NCBI GenBank assembly: GCA_040954595.2
Contig: CM082578.2
Coordinates: forward strand, 8,231,519-8,295,518
Source of the DNA: Balanoglossus misakiensis
Lineage: Eukaryota; Animalia; Hemichordata
DNA: 64,000 bases
Reading direction: 5' to 3'
Shown: piece after piece, positions 39,501-53,288 of the stretch
Position numbering within the stretch: the first letter of the stretch is position 1
How the letters are laid out: each line of letters opens with the position of its first letter
Translations under genes and position numbers: made by a program
Notes under the pieces: model-generated
Told to the model about the DNA's origin: nothing
What the model saw: only the letters and a program-made list of their open reading frames with translations
Database searches by the model: none

Positions 39501-42500
39501 CTTCAGTCAGATGCCTATCATTCATTTTATAATGAGGATACCATGGCAGTGTTGTAAAAAAAACACCTAGAGTTTATATACATTGTACATCTGCTGCCGT
39601 ATTGTATACAGACAGATAATTAAACTTTCACATTCTTTCCTTTCAGGGATCCATGTGCCTATGCATTTACATTGAGCCAGTACTTAATCCGTCAGAAGCA
39701 TATGTTGCATGGATACGAAGCCAGGGAACTGAAATACATACCAAAGGTAAAAACTGTGGTGTACATGATGTATTGTGACAGATATCGTGGCATTGTGGAC
39801 GCAGAAAAGAAATGTAGTTTGTGGAATTTGTACTTTCACTTTGTCTTGCTGAGCTACTTGTTAAATCATAGACAGTAGAGGGGGGAATTGTCATCAGAAT
39901 TTTACTCTAGTGGGAAAGAAAGTACAACTGATAAAAATCCCAAGCATAGATTGTACAGCCAGAAAGGACTCGTGACTTTACATCATCAGGATCAACAAAT
40001 TCTGATACGTGTATATGATGTCCTTAATGTTTAGACTGTGTTGGTCAACACTTTTTCTTGTGTGTCTCTAGATTGTCCACGTTGTGTGCAAAAGGCTAGC
40101 GGAACTGGCAAACAGCGAGCACGCCGGCTCCTACGGAGAAATCCACTTGCCACTCCAGGAGAAACTGGAGATTGAGAAAGAGACCGCGAGCCACGCTTTC
40201 TCCGATCAGAGGCGGCGGAAACCCACGTGGGACATCATCGACGACAATCCGCCGGACGGCAGCAGCAGCAGCGGGGGGACCCTGAAACTGCCGCCCATAC
40301 GCAAGGCCAAGAGCGCCGAGTCCCTGGTGCCGGAGTCGGAAAGAAACGGGGAGAGGGTGGTGCCCAAGCCGAAGTTCGTACCCAGGAGCCCCAATCTGAA
40401 ACTGAAGTCGTACGAGGCGGCGGCGTCCAAGGGAAGTTCCGGGTCATCGGGTTCCGACGACGAGCCGCTGACGACCAGGAGCGAGTCGTACGCGGGGAGG
40501 ACGGACGCCCGGCCGTTCCCGGACGGCCTGGACCACAGACCGATGGCCACGGCCATGTCCATCGACGCCGGTCTGGTCTCCGGGTTGAACAAGAAGCCCC
40601 TGAGGAAGCGATTCAGCCGCGGTCCACTGCCAAGGAGGAGCTCCGTTCTCAGCCAGATCAGTGAGTCGCTGTCCGTGAGCGAGGAGAACCAGGACATACT
40701 GATCATCGCCAAAGCCATGGCCTTCAATATGAACTCCAAGATTGACCAACACGAAAAAGCAAGGGTTGACGCTTTTCAGGTAAGTCCAGGTCTTGTTCAG
40801 TGTTCTTTGGTCCAGTCGTACATTGTGTAACATTTTCATTATATGATTGAAAGCCAGTACATGGCCACATTCATCTTTTCTTACATTTGACCCAAGGCTT
40901 ATGCTCAGTTTTTAGTTTCAATTTTCCTTGATTTTGCAAACAGACATAAATAGCCTCACAATGCTGCATTTGTGGTGAGAAACGCCATGTAAAAGTCTTG
41001 TCCAAGTTTTTCTTTGTCTTTAATTTTGTTGATCTTTCAACCACTGAAACATCGAAGCTCAGAAAACTGCCTTTCCAGACTAAACTGTCATGGAGTAATT
41101 AATTATCATCTAATGTTAAATATCATCCTCTTCGTACTAGCGAACATGTACATTAATTCTTGCAAATTTCTACACTAATCAGCTTGACCCATTCATCTTT
41201 ATATGCAACTTCCGTTTCACATTAAAATGCACTGTCTTTGCTGATTTTCAGGCTTTGAAACAGAGGTTGGAATCACTGCAAGTAGGTTATTGCTAAGCTT
41301 ACTTTTATTTTTCTGTGTTTGTCGCTCATGATTTCAGCAATTTTGCCATGCATTATTTTGTTCGTGCTCGCCATGCGCTTATACTTTCTGTCTGCACTGC
41401 ACAGTTAATGCTGTTAACCACATAACATAAGTTTGTAAAATTTGGTTTCGCCGTAACATTGATGATACATGTATGACTATGTACTGTGAACAAGAGAGTT
41501 GGTTGTATAGTGAAGTGTCAAAGATTTAGCTTGGAGGCTCCAGAAATTCAGTTAATATTGATGTTTGCTGAGATTCTGTTTAACAGCAAGAAAAAGTACC
41601 CAGGATGATTTTTATGAACGTATCAAGTGAGTGTGACACAGCTTTGAGATAGACATCTTCATTTTTCGTCAACTGCTTGACCCCTTATTTTGAAGTTTGT
41701 GCATGTTTGAACAGCCGTAAACACAGTCAAGGATACAATGCTGCTTCAAACACAAGGCTAAGTCTTTGACCACTTTGAAAATCAATTTTATTGTGAAGTG
41801 AAGGATGTTGAGACATTTTCTCAGAGATGTTGTTGCTTCGTTAAAATTTTGTCTCCTTCATTAATGTGTTTGCATATTATTTAATAACTTTACCGATAGC
41901 AATAACACCAATCTGATTAAAATCTGATGTAAAGGTGGCTTGATCTTTACATTTGCTGTTCAATTCTCACGTCTGCCACTCTGAAGGTGTAAAGATCGAA
42001 CCAACTCTACATCTGATTTTAATCAGATTGGCAATAGCACCAGCTCATATGATATTTCTCTCATGGTGTGACGCAGGTTTATTTCACCAACACTCGATGT
42101 GTTGCTATTAATTTCTCTTAGGACTTCAAATGTTTTGACATGAACACACCGAATCTTTGCTGAAATTGGGGTTATTACAACACATGCAAAACAAAATATG
42201 TCAGTGTTGTCGCCACTTGTAGTGGGTGTGTTATGAATGCAAGTACGCTGACATAGAGAGAGCACTCAGCCGTAGCTAGGTCATGTTGGTTCGGGCTACA
42301 AAACACAAATGACGTTATCCACAGAGGGTGCTGCTTATGATGTATTCACGGTGTGCATCACAAAGGGCAGTCAGTCCATAGATGAGCAGCTCACATGTCA
42401 TACTGTCATACTCCTGTCCCATATTCCTCTGGAATCCAGTGGGTGGGCATTACACAAGAGAATGGGGTGTTTGGTGAACAGTTTAGCTAATAAATGAGTA

Positions 42501-44076
42501 GGGTGAGATATCACCAAGTAATGGTGTAAATTACACCTTTCACACCTTTTTCCACTGTAGAGGTCAAACTTTACCCTAGAAAACAATGGGTTTGGACTGA
42601 ATCATGATGATGGAAAGGGATATCAGTAAAACTCCCCCTGCCCCCCCCCCCCCCCCCAACATCAACAATAGTTGTTTAGCACCTTCTCTCCCTACTATCA
42701 GTGTGATGTAACCTACATGTATACTGTGTATCTTACAGCATGATCTGAATGCAACCAGTGCAGCCTGGAATATCATATCCACAGAGGAAGATCCCTATGT
42801 GTTGTGTGCTCTTATGTACTCTTGGCTGGAACACTTGAAGGTGAATAGAACTTTCTCTCTTGATCTTCTTCTCTACTAGTTTTATTTCGTGATAAATCCC
42901 CCTTATAACTGCCTAAACCAGATTATGGACTGACAAACAATGCTTGTAGCATAATTTATATGTATGTTGCTTTGTAATAGCGGAGTTGCCAACCCCCAAA
43001 TTAGGTTGCAGTGTAAATTTGGGTCTGGCTTAGATGTTTTTGCCTAAATGTGTTCACCCATTTCCCCCACAACTTTTTTGAGTTTCAATGATATCTATTT
43101 GTGGACACATACTAGCCACTTATGGGAGCTTCTAGTATGATATCACGATACGAAAAAGTTTAATATAGTGAATTTTTTTTTTCGTCTTTTTTATAGGAAC
43201 CTGTACTCAGTGTCCAAGATCTCCATAACCTTGTTGAACACACAAATAATCCTAAGGAGGGAATGAAACTGCTGGGCAGGGTAAGGATAACTATACTACT
43301 AACATATATACTTGTAACTTGACTCGCCGTGCAATTACCCGCAAACTGATATAATTTGCATGAAAATTCAAATTTTCACACTCAGGGCACTGAATCCATC
43401 AGCATACTACACACTGTTTGTATGCCAGACAAATCCTTGCTTTTGGAAAGGACCTTTTTGAACATTAGCGACATGTGTCAATCTTTGGGGAAGTTTACAT
43501 TTTGTGAAAGTCAATTTGCACAGTTATTGCGTGCAGAGGTTGGAAATACTTTTATAGTCCATGCTGCTCTTTAAATGTTGTTAGCTATTGTACCTTAAGG
43601 AGTTGCAGGATATTGATTGTGTCTTTCCGTGTTGTGTTTCACAGGGAGAAAGGCACACATTGGAGTGTGTGATGAAAGCCGTGGCCAAACTTCACCCTCT
43701 GTCCAAAGAGTACGAGCGGCCCATACTACAGAGGATACTGTCGGCCTTCACCGGCCAAGCGAAGATCAAACCCAGCAACGTGTCTCTCGGCACGGACAAG
43801 ACCATCGGTGTCAAATTCCTCGAAGCCTACCTGGAGGTTCTGCGCGAACGCCTCATGGCGGCGGACGACGCGCAGTCGGAGACGGCCAGCCTCGACAGTC
43901 GCTCAATGGCGGGCGACGAGATGAGTCTGAAGGTGCCAACGTCGTATAGTATGGCCAGTATGGCTGTAGACGGCAAGAGTAGATCGCTGGACGCACCACA
44001 CATCTCCAAGTCGCACAGCGAACCTGTCATGACGGTGCCAGCCAAGAAAAATAACACATTGCCGCCGATCAAGTAG
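27560..44076 (+). CDS. PTPDC1: Protein tyrosine phosphatase domain-containing protein 1 (~745 aa)
   Basis: Exons 27560-27620 (less certain), 34058-34301, 34770-34850, 35898-36016, 37087-37187 (or 37271-37371), 39042-39157, 39332-39421, 39647-39746, 40072-40779, 42739-42840, 43197-43280, 43645-44076. Motifs [35 protein letters not shown], active site [40 protein letters not shown]. Confidence 0.93.
28065..28149. mobile_element. Palindromic MITE-like dispersed repeat (copy A)
   Basis: tagctgcaatgattgttgcgggtgctgc...gcagcacccactacaatcat..tgcagcta forms inverted arms; a related copy lies at 53289-53445. Confidence 0.65.
31315..31413. repeat. (GAT)n microsatellite
   Basis: Direct inspection. Confidence 0.9.
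34400..34502 (-). mobile_element. Short MITE-like dispersed repeat with TTAACCCTTTCACCCCCA terminus
   Basis: Its reverse complement matches 59458-59545 and a degenerate copy at 42531-42620. A terminus-only match lies near 4640-4660. Confidence 0.6.
37271..37371 (+). CDS. PTPDC1: Alternative (mutually exclusive) exon 5b of PTPDC1
   Basis: Same length (101 nt) and phases as exon 37087-37187, with ACAG acceptor and AAG|GTACAG donor. Encodes [34 protein letters not shown] versus [34 protein letters not shown]. Confidence 0.85.
38710..38746. repeat. (CA)n microsatellite
   Basis: Direct inspection. Confidence 0.9.
41908..42031. mobile_element. Inverted-repeat element (~44-bp arms), MITE-like
   Basis: ccaatctgattaaaatctgatgtaaaggtggcttgatctttaca pairs with tgtaaagatcgaaccaactctacatctgattttaatcagattgg. 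Confidence 0.7.
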
Positions 44077-47000
44077 CTGAACCGTTATTATCTGCGACGG
44101 CCTGGAGCATTTAAGGTGGTGAATGTGTTACTGTGTATAAAAATGATGACAAATTTTGCGAGCGTTTCAGCCTACATATTTGGGTCCCCTTGGAGGTTGA
44201 CTCTGAAGAAGTCAACTTGTCTGCGAAAGAGAACAAATGGCAGATTTTAATTCATCTTGTTTTCATCCAATTCAATGATAAATTTAGACTTTCACTTTTA
44301 ATCCGTTGGTCAGAGTACATTTTATTTGCAATCTTGAACAGACATGGTATAGCTTCACTGAATATCAGAAGCACAGCTACGTACATGTACATGTGTATGT
44401 GTCGCAGTTTGTGAGATTAAGTAATCAGCATTTCTAGATTATCAGAATCCATTTAGAATACACCCAGCCATGCATGAATTTTTGAGTTTGAATTCCGTGT
44501 GGCACAGCAGAAGAAATCTGTTAAGTCTCGCATTAACGCTGCCCTGCGTGGACTTTCCAAAAGTAAATTTGAATTTTGGAATTAATGTTGTCTCTGATTG
44601 TGATTATTTCCATGTTTCACCAAGCGTTGTAAAATACCATTGGCGCGTCACTGTGACTGAGAGGGCACACTTGTAGACTGCTGCTGTAACCACAGTTAAT
44701 TCCAAGCCTGGATGATTTTTTTTGTAGAAATGACTTTTAATTCGGAATTACATAGAATAGTTGTACATAGGGAATATGTCACAGGACGTAATATTTGTAT
44801 ATATTTGATGTGAACTTACAGACAGTTAGTTGTACAGATAATTTTTCAATGCCTGAATCCATCTTCTTTCTATCAGGGATAGCTGTCTCCAGCGCTTACT
44901 AACTTGAAATGGTGAGTTGTTGTTCAAAGCAGTGAAAGTGCTATTTCCCAGTCAAACCTGTCTACAGCAGAGAACTTTCCTAAACTGACCTTTATACACA
45001 GGTCAGTTAGTGTACATGTAACTTGCACAGGGATTGTTAGCAACGTGGCCACTAAATAGAGGTGACCACTAACACAGGTTTGACTAATTTTTTGCAGACC
45101 GCATAACTTATTCTTCTGTCTTATTTTTTTTGTTACATTTGTATCATTGCCTTTTGCCAACCTGTTGTGAAGTTCGTCATAACAGAGTTAAGTACAGAAT
45201 TTTGTGTTTACTGTTGATTTGGGTTAAAAGCCGTACCGGTAGTTCAAAATGGAGCCACAATTCAGAGTTGCAATTTTAGCCACAATTACCATGGGAAGTG
45301 GAGATCTAGCCAATCACAGATTTTCACTTGGATGGCCGTGGGAGAAAAAAAAAGCAAAACTTCATGGTCATCAGAAGGCTTGACAGACACTAATTTACTG
45401 TGGGTGTATATAAATTATAGGTGATCGTATCCCTTTAATATGTGGGCAATTTACCCAGAATGCAATGCAGGTGGTAAATGATACAACACACAGGTTGGTG
45501 CATGTAACATGTAATGCAAAGTACAAAGTGTGGTTTGCATGCATGCATGCCCGTTGTGGACTCTATCATGTCCTCGGTATATATACACAGGCTTCAACAG
45601 AATGTCACCATTTGGTTGTATGTGTGTTTTATTTCTATCAAACTTGGTATCACATCATTCTGGTGTGACCGTACGTAGCAAATCAAACAAAAGCTTGCAT
45701 TTTCACACACTAACATATTGTGGATATATTTAAAATCGCCTAATTCCTGTGCAATATTGGTAGTATTTATTTGTGCTACTGTTTGTATTTAGAGCACACT
45801 TAGAACTTTTTTATCTGCTAACACACAAACTTCATCTTTGCCCCCAATCCTTCTGTGTATATTTGGACTAACCCTTCTTTTGGTGTGGGATTGTTTCATT
45901 CTTAGAATAGGGGTGTGTTCAAAACGAGACAAAAAGAAAAACACTTGCCATCATGTCATAACCGGCTGTTGTTTTTCAGTTATTTTGAAAAGTATTTATT
46001 AAGTTAGTTAAAATCTGCCTATTCCATCCAAGCCTTTTTATTCATTTTTCATCAGATTAGAGCATTTACTTGATTTTTTCTTATTTGTTGGTTTTGTGTG
46101 TGTGTTCAATTTTAGAATGCTAATTTAAATAGGTCTACTTCAGTATTCCAAGTTTGCTGTGAATCACTATTTTGAGCCGTAGTTTGGCGTATAAATGTAC
46201 TGGGATAGAAATTATCACAAAATGTGAAAACCATTTCTTTTTTGGAAAAGAAGTTTACATGATCGGTTGTTTGCCAAGCTGTGATTATTTTGATTGCACT
46301 TTCTTTTTCTAAAACATTCAGCATATCACAAAGTGGGATTAATTTCACTGTAAACCAGTTACTGTATGGGAGGAACCACAATTTGTGCCTCCCAAATCTT
46401 TTGCCAAATTTAATAACATTTTACTGCATGTGACAAATATGCTCCCTCTGATGTCCATAGGAATGAGGTATGATCAGTTTTGGAATGTGCATAAGATCTG
46501 GGCCCTAATTGTTTATGCATTTGACTCCATGGTGTATCCCCCTCCCCCCCCCCCCCCACACACACACACTTGACTGAGATAAAAGTATGCTGTCAGAATA
46601 CATGTCGTGATGATGATTTGTCTCATACACCACCATTGTTTCTGAAAACTCTCAAGATAATGAATGTACCAAAGTTTGGATGGAGCAATATCCAACAACA
46701 TGCTTTAATAGCTCAAACCAAAAAGAATGTCAAAAGCGGGTGATTTAGCCCCCCTTCAGCCATCTTGCAGTGGACAGTTTTGTATGTGGATTTTTGTCAT
46801 GCAAGTCTGCAGGATGCCCACAAGTGTATGGGAGATCTCTCCATGCATTTATGGTGCAGCGTATATATGGTGTAGTGAAAGCATGTAACTTACGAACTTC
46901 GAAGTTCTGATTTTGTCTTTCGGGATGTTGTAAGATTTAATAGCAAGAAAAAACCAACAATAAGCAAGCTACAAAACAAGCCTCAAAAGCTGTCTTATCT

Positions 47001-47614
47001 TAAATTATTGGCATTATTACTTGTTTTCAATTGTTGGTTATATTTCTGGAGTTAGTGGGAATTGAAATATGTTGTCAATACATCAAATTTTGTTCTCTCA
47101 AAATTGCATCAAAATTTATTTCAAAGCATTTGATTTGTACAGTAATCTTTATACAATGCTAACATTTGATGAAGGATACAATCATTTCGTATGAGTGGGA
47201 ATGTTGTCTTTTACCTGTAAATCTGAAACGGACATTAAAAGCAAACTTCTTATCAAATATGGGTGCTTGTCTTTCTTGGTCTATAAAGCAAGTATTGATG
47301 TCAAATTCGACAATCCCCCCCCCCCCCTTCGCAACATGGCAACAGGTGGTAGATCTTGATTCTACCCTCTATATGCTTGCATCTTGGAATTATTTCCTGT
47401 GAGTGTGAGATGTGTTTGAAGGTGCCCTCACAAAATGTCTGGTCTCATGGTTGTAGCACAGCGCACCCATGCGGTTGAAATGACACAGGGAACACATACT
47501 TCGCCAGTGGGGGCGCTTGTACGGATTTTTACTCTGGGTCGTTTCTGAACAAATTCCGAACTTTTGTAGGCCACGTAACAGAGATGAAGTTCTGGGAATT
47601 TTATCGGCAACACC

Positions 47615-48750
47615 TCACGCAATGGTGACACTAATCGGCGCGAGTTCAGATTCCTTCAAAGATTCATCCTTCCAGTACTTGACCAAGCGTTTAGTCAGTG
47701 AGTTGGTATAGTCCAGGTACAAGGTGCGGTAGAGTGTGAATTTTTCTGAGGGCAGTCCGTCGGGAAGCGCGCCGCGGTGGATTCTGAGATGGGTGTAGTA
47801 CTTCGGAGAGATTTCACTGAAGTGGGAGAAAAAGAGAAAGGGGAAAAAACAAGTATGATTTTTTTGAAAATATGTGATTCCGGAGGCATGTACGTCAAAA
47901 GAGATCGTTCTCGGCTAGTAAAAATGCTTATCAAAGTGCAAACACATTTAGTTTTGAATTTCATACAACGGTGATATGGAGGTACAACTTTAGATTTTTT
48001 TTACAAACAAATATATTTTACAACTTCCAAGTGATATATGGCCTTCGCCAAAAGGGCGCATTGAACCATACATAGATCCAATCCGTCGCCAATGATCGAT
48101 AATATAATAGTCACAGGAATCCAAACACATACCCGGCATTATTGGCAAACAAACTGCAAATAGAAGACAGCTACAGCTACCGGGCTTTAACATGACAGTT
48201 GAACCAATACTAAACATGGTCATAGGTAGATTATATACAAGTACTTCACCAACGTATTAAATCAGACATACCACACAGATTCTTTGTGAACCTTCACATC
48301 TTTCCAGTGCTGCAGTGCCTCATCATTGGCGAACACGACCAAGTTTCCCCAGTCTCCTCCTGCTTCTCGTTCGGCCGATGCGTAGCACAAAATATCGCGG
48401 TGCGTTCCCATCGCCGGTATGAGCTCCCGGTCATTGTCCCACACCTGGTCTATCAGTTCCTGGCTGACCTCCTTGGCGTACCCGATAAACCCAACGAACA
48501 TCAGCGGGTCCGTTTTCTCCTGTAAGTCCGTGGTGAGCCTTGACACGGTGTCGTCAAGACTCTGCGGAAAGACGATCCTGATCTTCCTGTCCCCAGAAAG
48601 CGTGCCGTTGACTCCGTTTGCGTACTTGTCAAATTCCTCGGCGCATTCTCGGTTGGTTTTCACCTTCCGGATCTCCTCAATTATCCTGGCCTTGAGTTCC
48701 ATCAGGAACTCGAAATCTTCGGGGAAATCCTGTGGAAGTAGATTTTCCAT
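47615..48750 (-). CDS. Uncharacterised 226-aa soluble protein, possibly ABM-like dimeric alpha+beta barrel
   Basis: Two coding exons, 48750-48272 and 47816-47615 (TG|GTATGT...CTTCAG|T), in phase; 681-nt ORF with coding-like GC content. Motifs FVGFIGY, D-x2-L, WGNLVVF, HW-x5-H, ISPKYYTHLRIHRG. The fold call is inference. Confidence 0.8.
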
Positions 48751-51136
48751 CTTGGGTGTACCTAGCAGTGACGTCAGAGGGAATAAGTTTATAATATAAC
48801 GTGGTTGTTATACCACTGTCACTCTTTCTTGATGGACTGTGGTTATACTGTGTACATGTACGTCTTTTATTGTCAGAGACACTATTCTCATGAATACAGG
48901 TATGTGAGGGGTCATAAGTCTATTGTCCGCAATCTGCGCTATGCTCATTGCACCATATCCATGCATACCAAAATCCACACTTTCGTACAGTCACTGTAGT
49001 CTACAATCTCTGCTTTAAGATTTATGTTTCAGAACACCAAAATATCTCAAAATTGAATTATTGTGCCGCATATCATGGTCCGATTGGCTGTCTGGATCAT
49101 TGTGCTATGTGCTTGTATCTCGTCTCCTTTGACATCAACTTTCTTAAATGTTCTGTCTATAGGGTCTATGGTCTACTTCAGATCTGAACTTAACTATGTA
49201 ACACCGCTGATAAAATTCTTAGAACTGCACTCAATGGGTGCAAACTGCATGTTCTCCGTACTTGACACACGGCGATACGCGATCATTGTACCATGATAAA
49301 TCGACTTCAGTATACAAGTACTCATAAATATATGTCTCTACATATGAAATCAAATGGCAATAAATGACCCACTCCTATGCGCATAGTGTCAAAAATGGAA
49401 TCTCTTAGTGATAATGAATATCACGTTGGTTCCTTACATTTCATTGGTGGGGCCCTTGAAGTTCTATCTAACCGGGGGTTTCTTTATCATCTGACATTCA
49501 CATTGAATTTTGACGTCGCCCCTTGGCCCTAAGTATCCTGAGATAGTACAAGAGGACAATATCCCGCACCTTTACGGTGTAAGGTATGAAATTGTGGATG
49601 ATGAAATCAATTGCGGCGCGTTTTTACGATTAACCTTTGGCCGCACCGCTGCATTATTCTAAATACGATCGAAATTCGGAAAGGGGTCGACATACAGGCC
49701 TACACGAAGAAAACCGACGAAGTTGCTTTTCGGAGAAGAAACTTCCGAAACAACAAACCAAGCTTGATTGTGTAGACGCATCTGTCTGGAGTGCGGGACA
49801 ACTCCCCCGGGGTAAGGGGGCAGAGGAGAACTTGAGAACCCACACTCGTCTTTATGTGACCACCTGTTGCCTATTGTCCTTAGCCATCCTAGCCTTGACT
49901 TCATATGGTGGACGGTCATGTCTAGCTCGCCAGAAATTAAAGTACCAGTGCCCAAACTGATAAAATTGACACATCGAACTCGGAAGCGGGGGCAGGGGGA
50001 GACGCCCTCTCACTTACAAATGCTGTTGGGTGAACCATGGGTAAAGTTTGCGGGTACATTTTGTACTACAATCATCTCGACCATATGCGCTGTTGGATTT
50101 CCGCGACAGAATTAAATAGGCATATTTAATAACTGAACATGGGCGGTGCTTTTGTTCAGTAATCATATAGACTGTAGTCAACTTACGCGATATTTTAACA
50201 TACGTGGAACAAAGAGACCAAATTTAACACCCACCTGCGCGTTAAGCGTCTAGCACGAATGCGCTAGCTGTTCAGACCAGGCTGATCAAAAACTTGATAC
50301 CCGAGATTCGGAGCTGAAAATTAGTATTGGCCACCTGCGGTACACGCATACAATATATTTCAAATAATTCTAGTGTACATGTATATGGAGCATGCAGGCA
50401 TGGCGTGCACGTTCACTTGAAGTCTCACCCGTAATGTAAAAAAGGTCACGTCCAAAGGTCAACTTGGGCCACAGATGCGATATCCGTGAACAGAGAGTGA
50501 TTAGTCTTCAGTCAATGGGACATTTAATGTCCACCAGCATTGTGTGAACTGATGCGCGTCACGTGTTAATTTTTAATAGCCTGTTAAAGAATGGTCATGG
50601 ATTTGTGGGAGGGGCCCACTGCTTTCTGTTCCACATGATAGTTATTTCTGGTATCAAAGCTACATGTAGGGAAACATGTGAACAGTCTGAATGCATAATT
50701 ATGCATCCCTTTCCATACAGCTTTTGTTGTAGTTAGTACGGTAATAGATAAACAGACCAGTAGTTCACATACCACTTTATGAAGTGTCATTTGCTGTTTG
50801 AAGTGAATATTACTAGTAGCATGGCTAATGGAGGTGGAACAAAAACACGCTGGATCAAAACAGAACTTCTAAATGAGAGGCTTTATTTACACAGTTCTAA
50901 CAACACCAAAAATCGAGCGCATGCATATGCAGAATCTACAAACAGACCATTTTTTCATTTCATTTCTTTTTATTGCTCTCCGGTTCGAACAGAAGATGAA
51001 TTCATGGCTCCCACACTCCACAACATACTGAAACTACAACAAAAGAAAGCGGCTGGACATTATCCAACCCAGACTATCAAAAAAGTCACACCAAGATTTG
51101 CATGTAGCAATGAGAGAACATCGCAGTGATGATCCT

Positions 51137-52579
51137 TCAGGGCCAATCCCATTGGCCAGCAGGCGCTTCTCCTGCCAGTGGTTCCCACGGTTGCCATTCC
51201 GCCATTTTCCGGGCTAACTGGAGTTCTGCATTGGCCTGTGTGTAAAATACATAGGGCAAAGCATTCAATTAGGTGTATCTCAAGATAAAGCATGATGGTC
51301 AACAATTGCCCAGCTTACTGAGAAAATATTGAATGGAACAACTTGCATCATGTATGTCAGCTTTCAGAAATGATTTAATGCACAATTGTAATGGCAGTCG
51401 TACCTGGAGTATAACTTCTTCAACTTGACCACATCCAATTTTGTTTTCTAGATCCTCAATATTTGGTGTCTGTTGAGAAAACCACAATTACTGTATTAGT
51501 AAATTCAAACTTGTCATAAAAAAAACTTGATGGGGTTAAACTAAAGGAATAATTTTATCAGATACTGAACTTTTGATGTTGCCCAGTTGGATAACTTCAC
51601 TGAAAGTAAAAAAAAAAAGTGGTTTTCCTTTTCTTGTACCAGTACTTACAGTTTTAACCGCGTCTAGCCTTCCATTAATGATGGTTTCTGTATTCTTTCT
51701 GTACGAACAAGTCTGTGGTAGTACTTGCAAGGCAGCTAAGCACTTGGTGTACAGAATTTTCAGTTTCTGAAAAAAAGACAGCATACAAATCATATTATTT
51801 AGGAATGACAGAGATTCCCTTTTGTTGGCTGGGTATGATTTACATTACATGTACACATTTATAATATTTAACGGTCCCGATATTTTTATATTGCAAAATA
51901 TGGTTTGAGTTACACTGGAATTCCAAGAGCAAGAACATACCTCATGTGGCCGAGTTTCCACTGCAAGGCCTACAAGACCTGTTGTCTGTGCAAAAAAAAA
52001 GAAAAGAGAGAGACACATTTTAAACTGAATCATTCAAACTCGGGCTCAAAATTCCCAGTAGCCCCTCACTAGATTTTGCCTGGTTTGTGTGTTGTACGGC
52101 AAAACAGAGCCAAATCATGAAAATGGCTGCTGCAATATTTATATACATGTACTACTATTTACTACAAGTACTCTACCAGTCCTACTAGTAGTAAGTACTT
52201 GGCCGGACACGGGAGTGGTTCAAAACAGAACACAGATGTTTACATTTTGTTTCAAAGGATAACTGAAGAAACAAACACACGCATCATTATATTGAAAGGG
52301 TTGTTCTCACTTCTACTGTCTATGCTTTACAAATTACGTGTGGTGACCTGCGTCTGAACCGGTGCGATGCGATGGCAAGTGACCATGAAAGTCGAAGCCC
52401 AACTCAACTACAAATATTCATCACAGGCTTCAACCAACTAGTCATAACAAGGGCAAAATACGGTACTAGAGATTGCATTTACAAAAAATCTTTTAAAATG
52501 CTATAAAGCATCGAAATGATCGAAGGATTCTAAAATTATCAACGCATAATTTCCCTACCCTTTTCAGAGCACCAGCCAT
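51137..52579 (-). CDS. NDUFA5: NADH dehydrogenase (ubiquinone) 1 alpha subcomplex subunit 5 (115 aa)
   Basis: Exons 52579-52559, 51985-51941, 51766-51650, 51469-51404, 51235-51137. [66 protein letters not shown] on the minus strand at 50887-50882. Confidence 0.97.
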
Positions 52580-53078
52580 CTTGAGGTCATGGGGCAACGA
52601 GCATTATGGGTAATAGCCATGTCTGAAGCAACGTTTTAGTTATAGTTACAGTGTTAAAAATCCTAGAATTTTGTTTATTTTAAGATTAAAAATTACTTAT
52701 TATGTCACTTTTCTTTTAAACTCATGTGGCAAAAATATGCTTAATGATCAGTTTTGTGGCGTATATAAATATATGTACAAAGTTGCAGGGTACGAGGGCA
52801 GGGGTACGAGGTTGTCGATGGCGCCATTTTGAAACATCTTTGCGTTGTCAACAGTAACATGTGTGATTGAATGTTGTGATCGGACTGTTGATTTCGGGCG
52901 ACACGTTTTACAGCTTTTGCCAAGTTTTCGTGCGAATCTCGACGGGGATCTGGGAGACATGTGTAACTGTTTACCCAATCCCCCCGTTGTTTGTCGCAGC
53001 AAACTTAGCGATTGCTCTGCAGTCTCGTTTATCGACTGATGCGGATCACGATCACGGAGACACTGCATGTGTAATGGT
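52580..53078. promoter_or_regulatory. Probable bidirectional promoter / non-coding first exon between NDUFA5 and the ZZ-EF-hand gene
   Basis: Head-to-head orientation, CpG-richer stretch, candidate donor GTAAGG at 53079, and an acceptor TTTTTCAG two nt before the ATG at 54043. Confidence 0.5.
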
Positions 53079-53288
53079 GTAAGGAGAGTACACTGTATCA
53101 AAAATAAGGTCCCTCTATTACACTGTCTGGGAAAGTCAAATTCCGCATCACACGCAGTTCATGAATGCTACTATAGGTATGGTGCAGAGTGTGGAACGCT
53201 TTTTTGGCATTTAGAACACTAGTTTTATGTCTGGGGAATGACGATTTTCAATGAGGAAAGGGCAATCATTTTAATATCACGAGACGCC

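Noticed and set aside
40206-40839. Long antisense and alternate-frame ORFs over the large PTPDC1 exon (similarly 23845-24460, 43617-44072, 48286-48799)
   Set aside because: These are shadow ORFs expected opposite GC-rich coding exons, with no independent motifs or splice structure.
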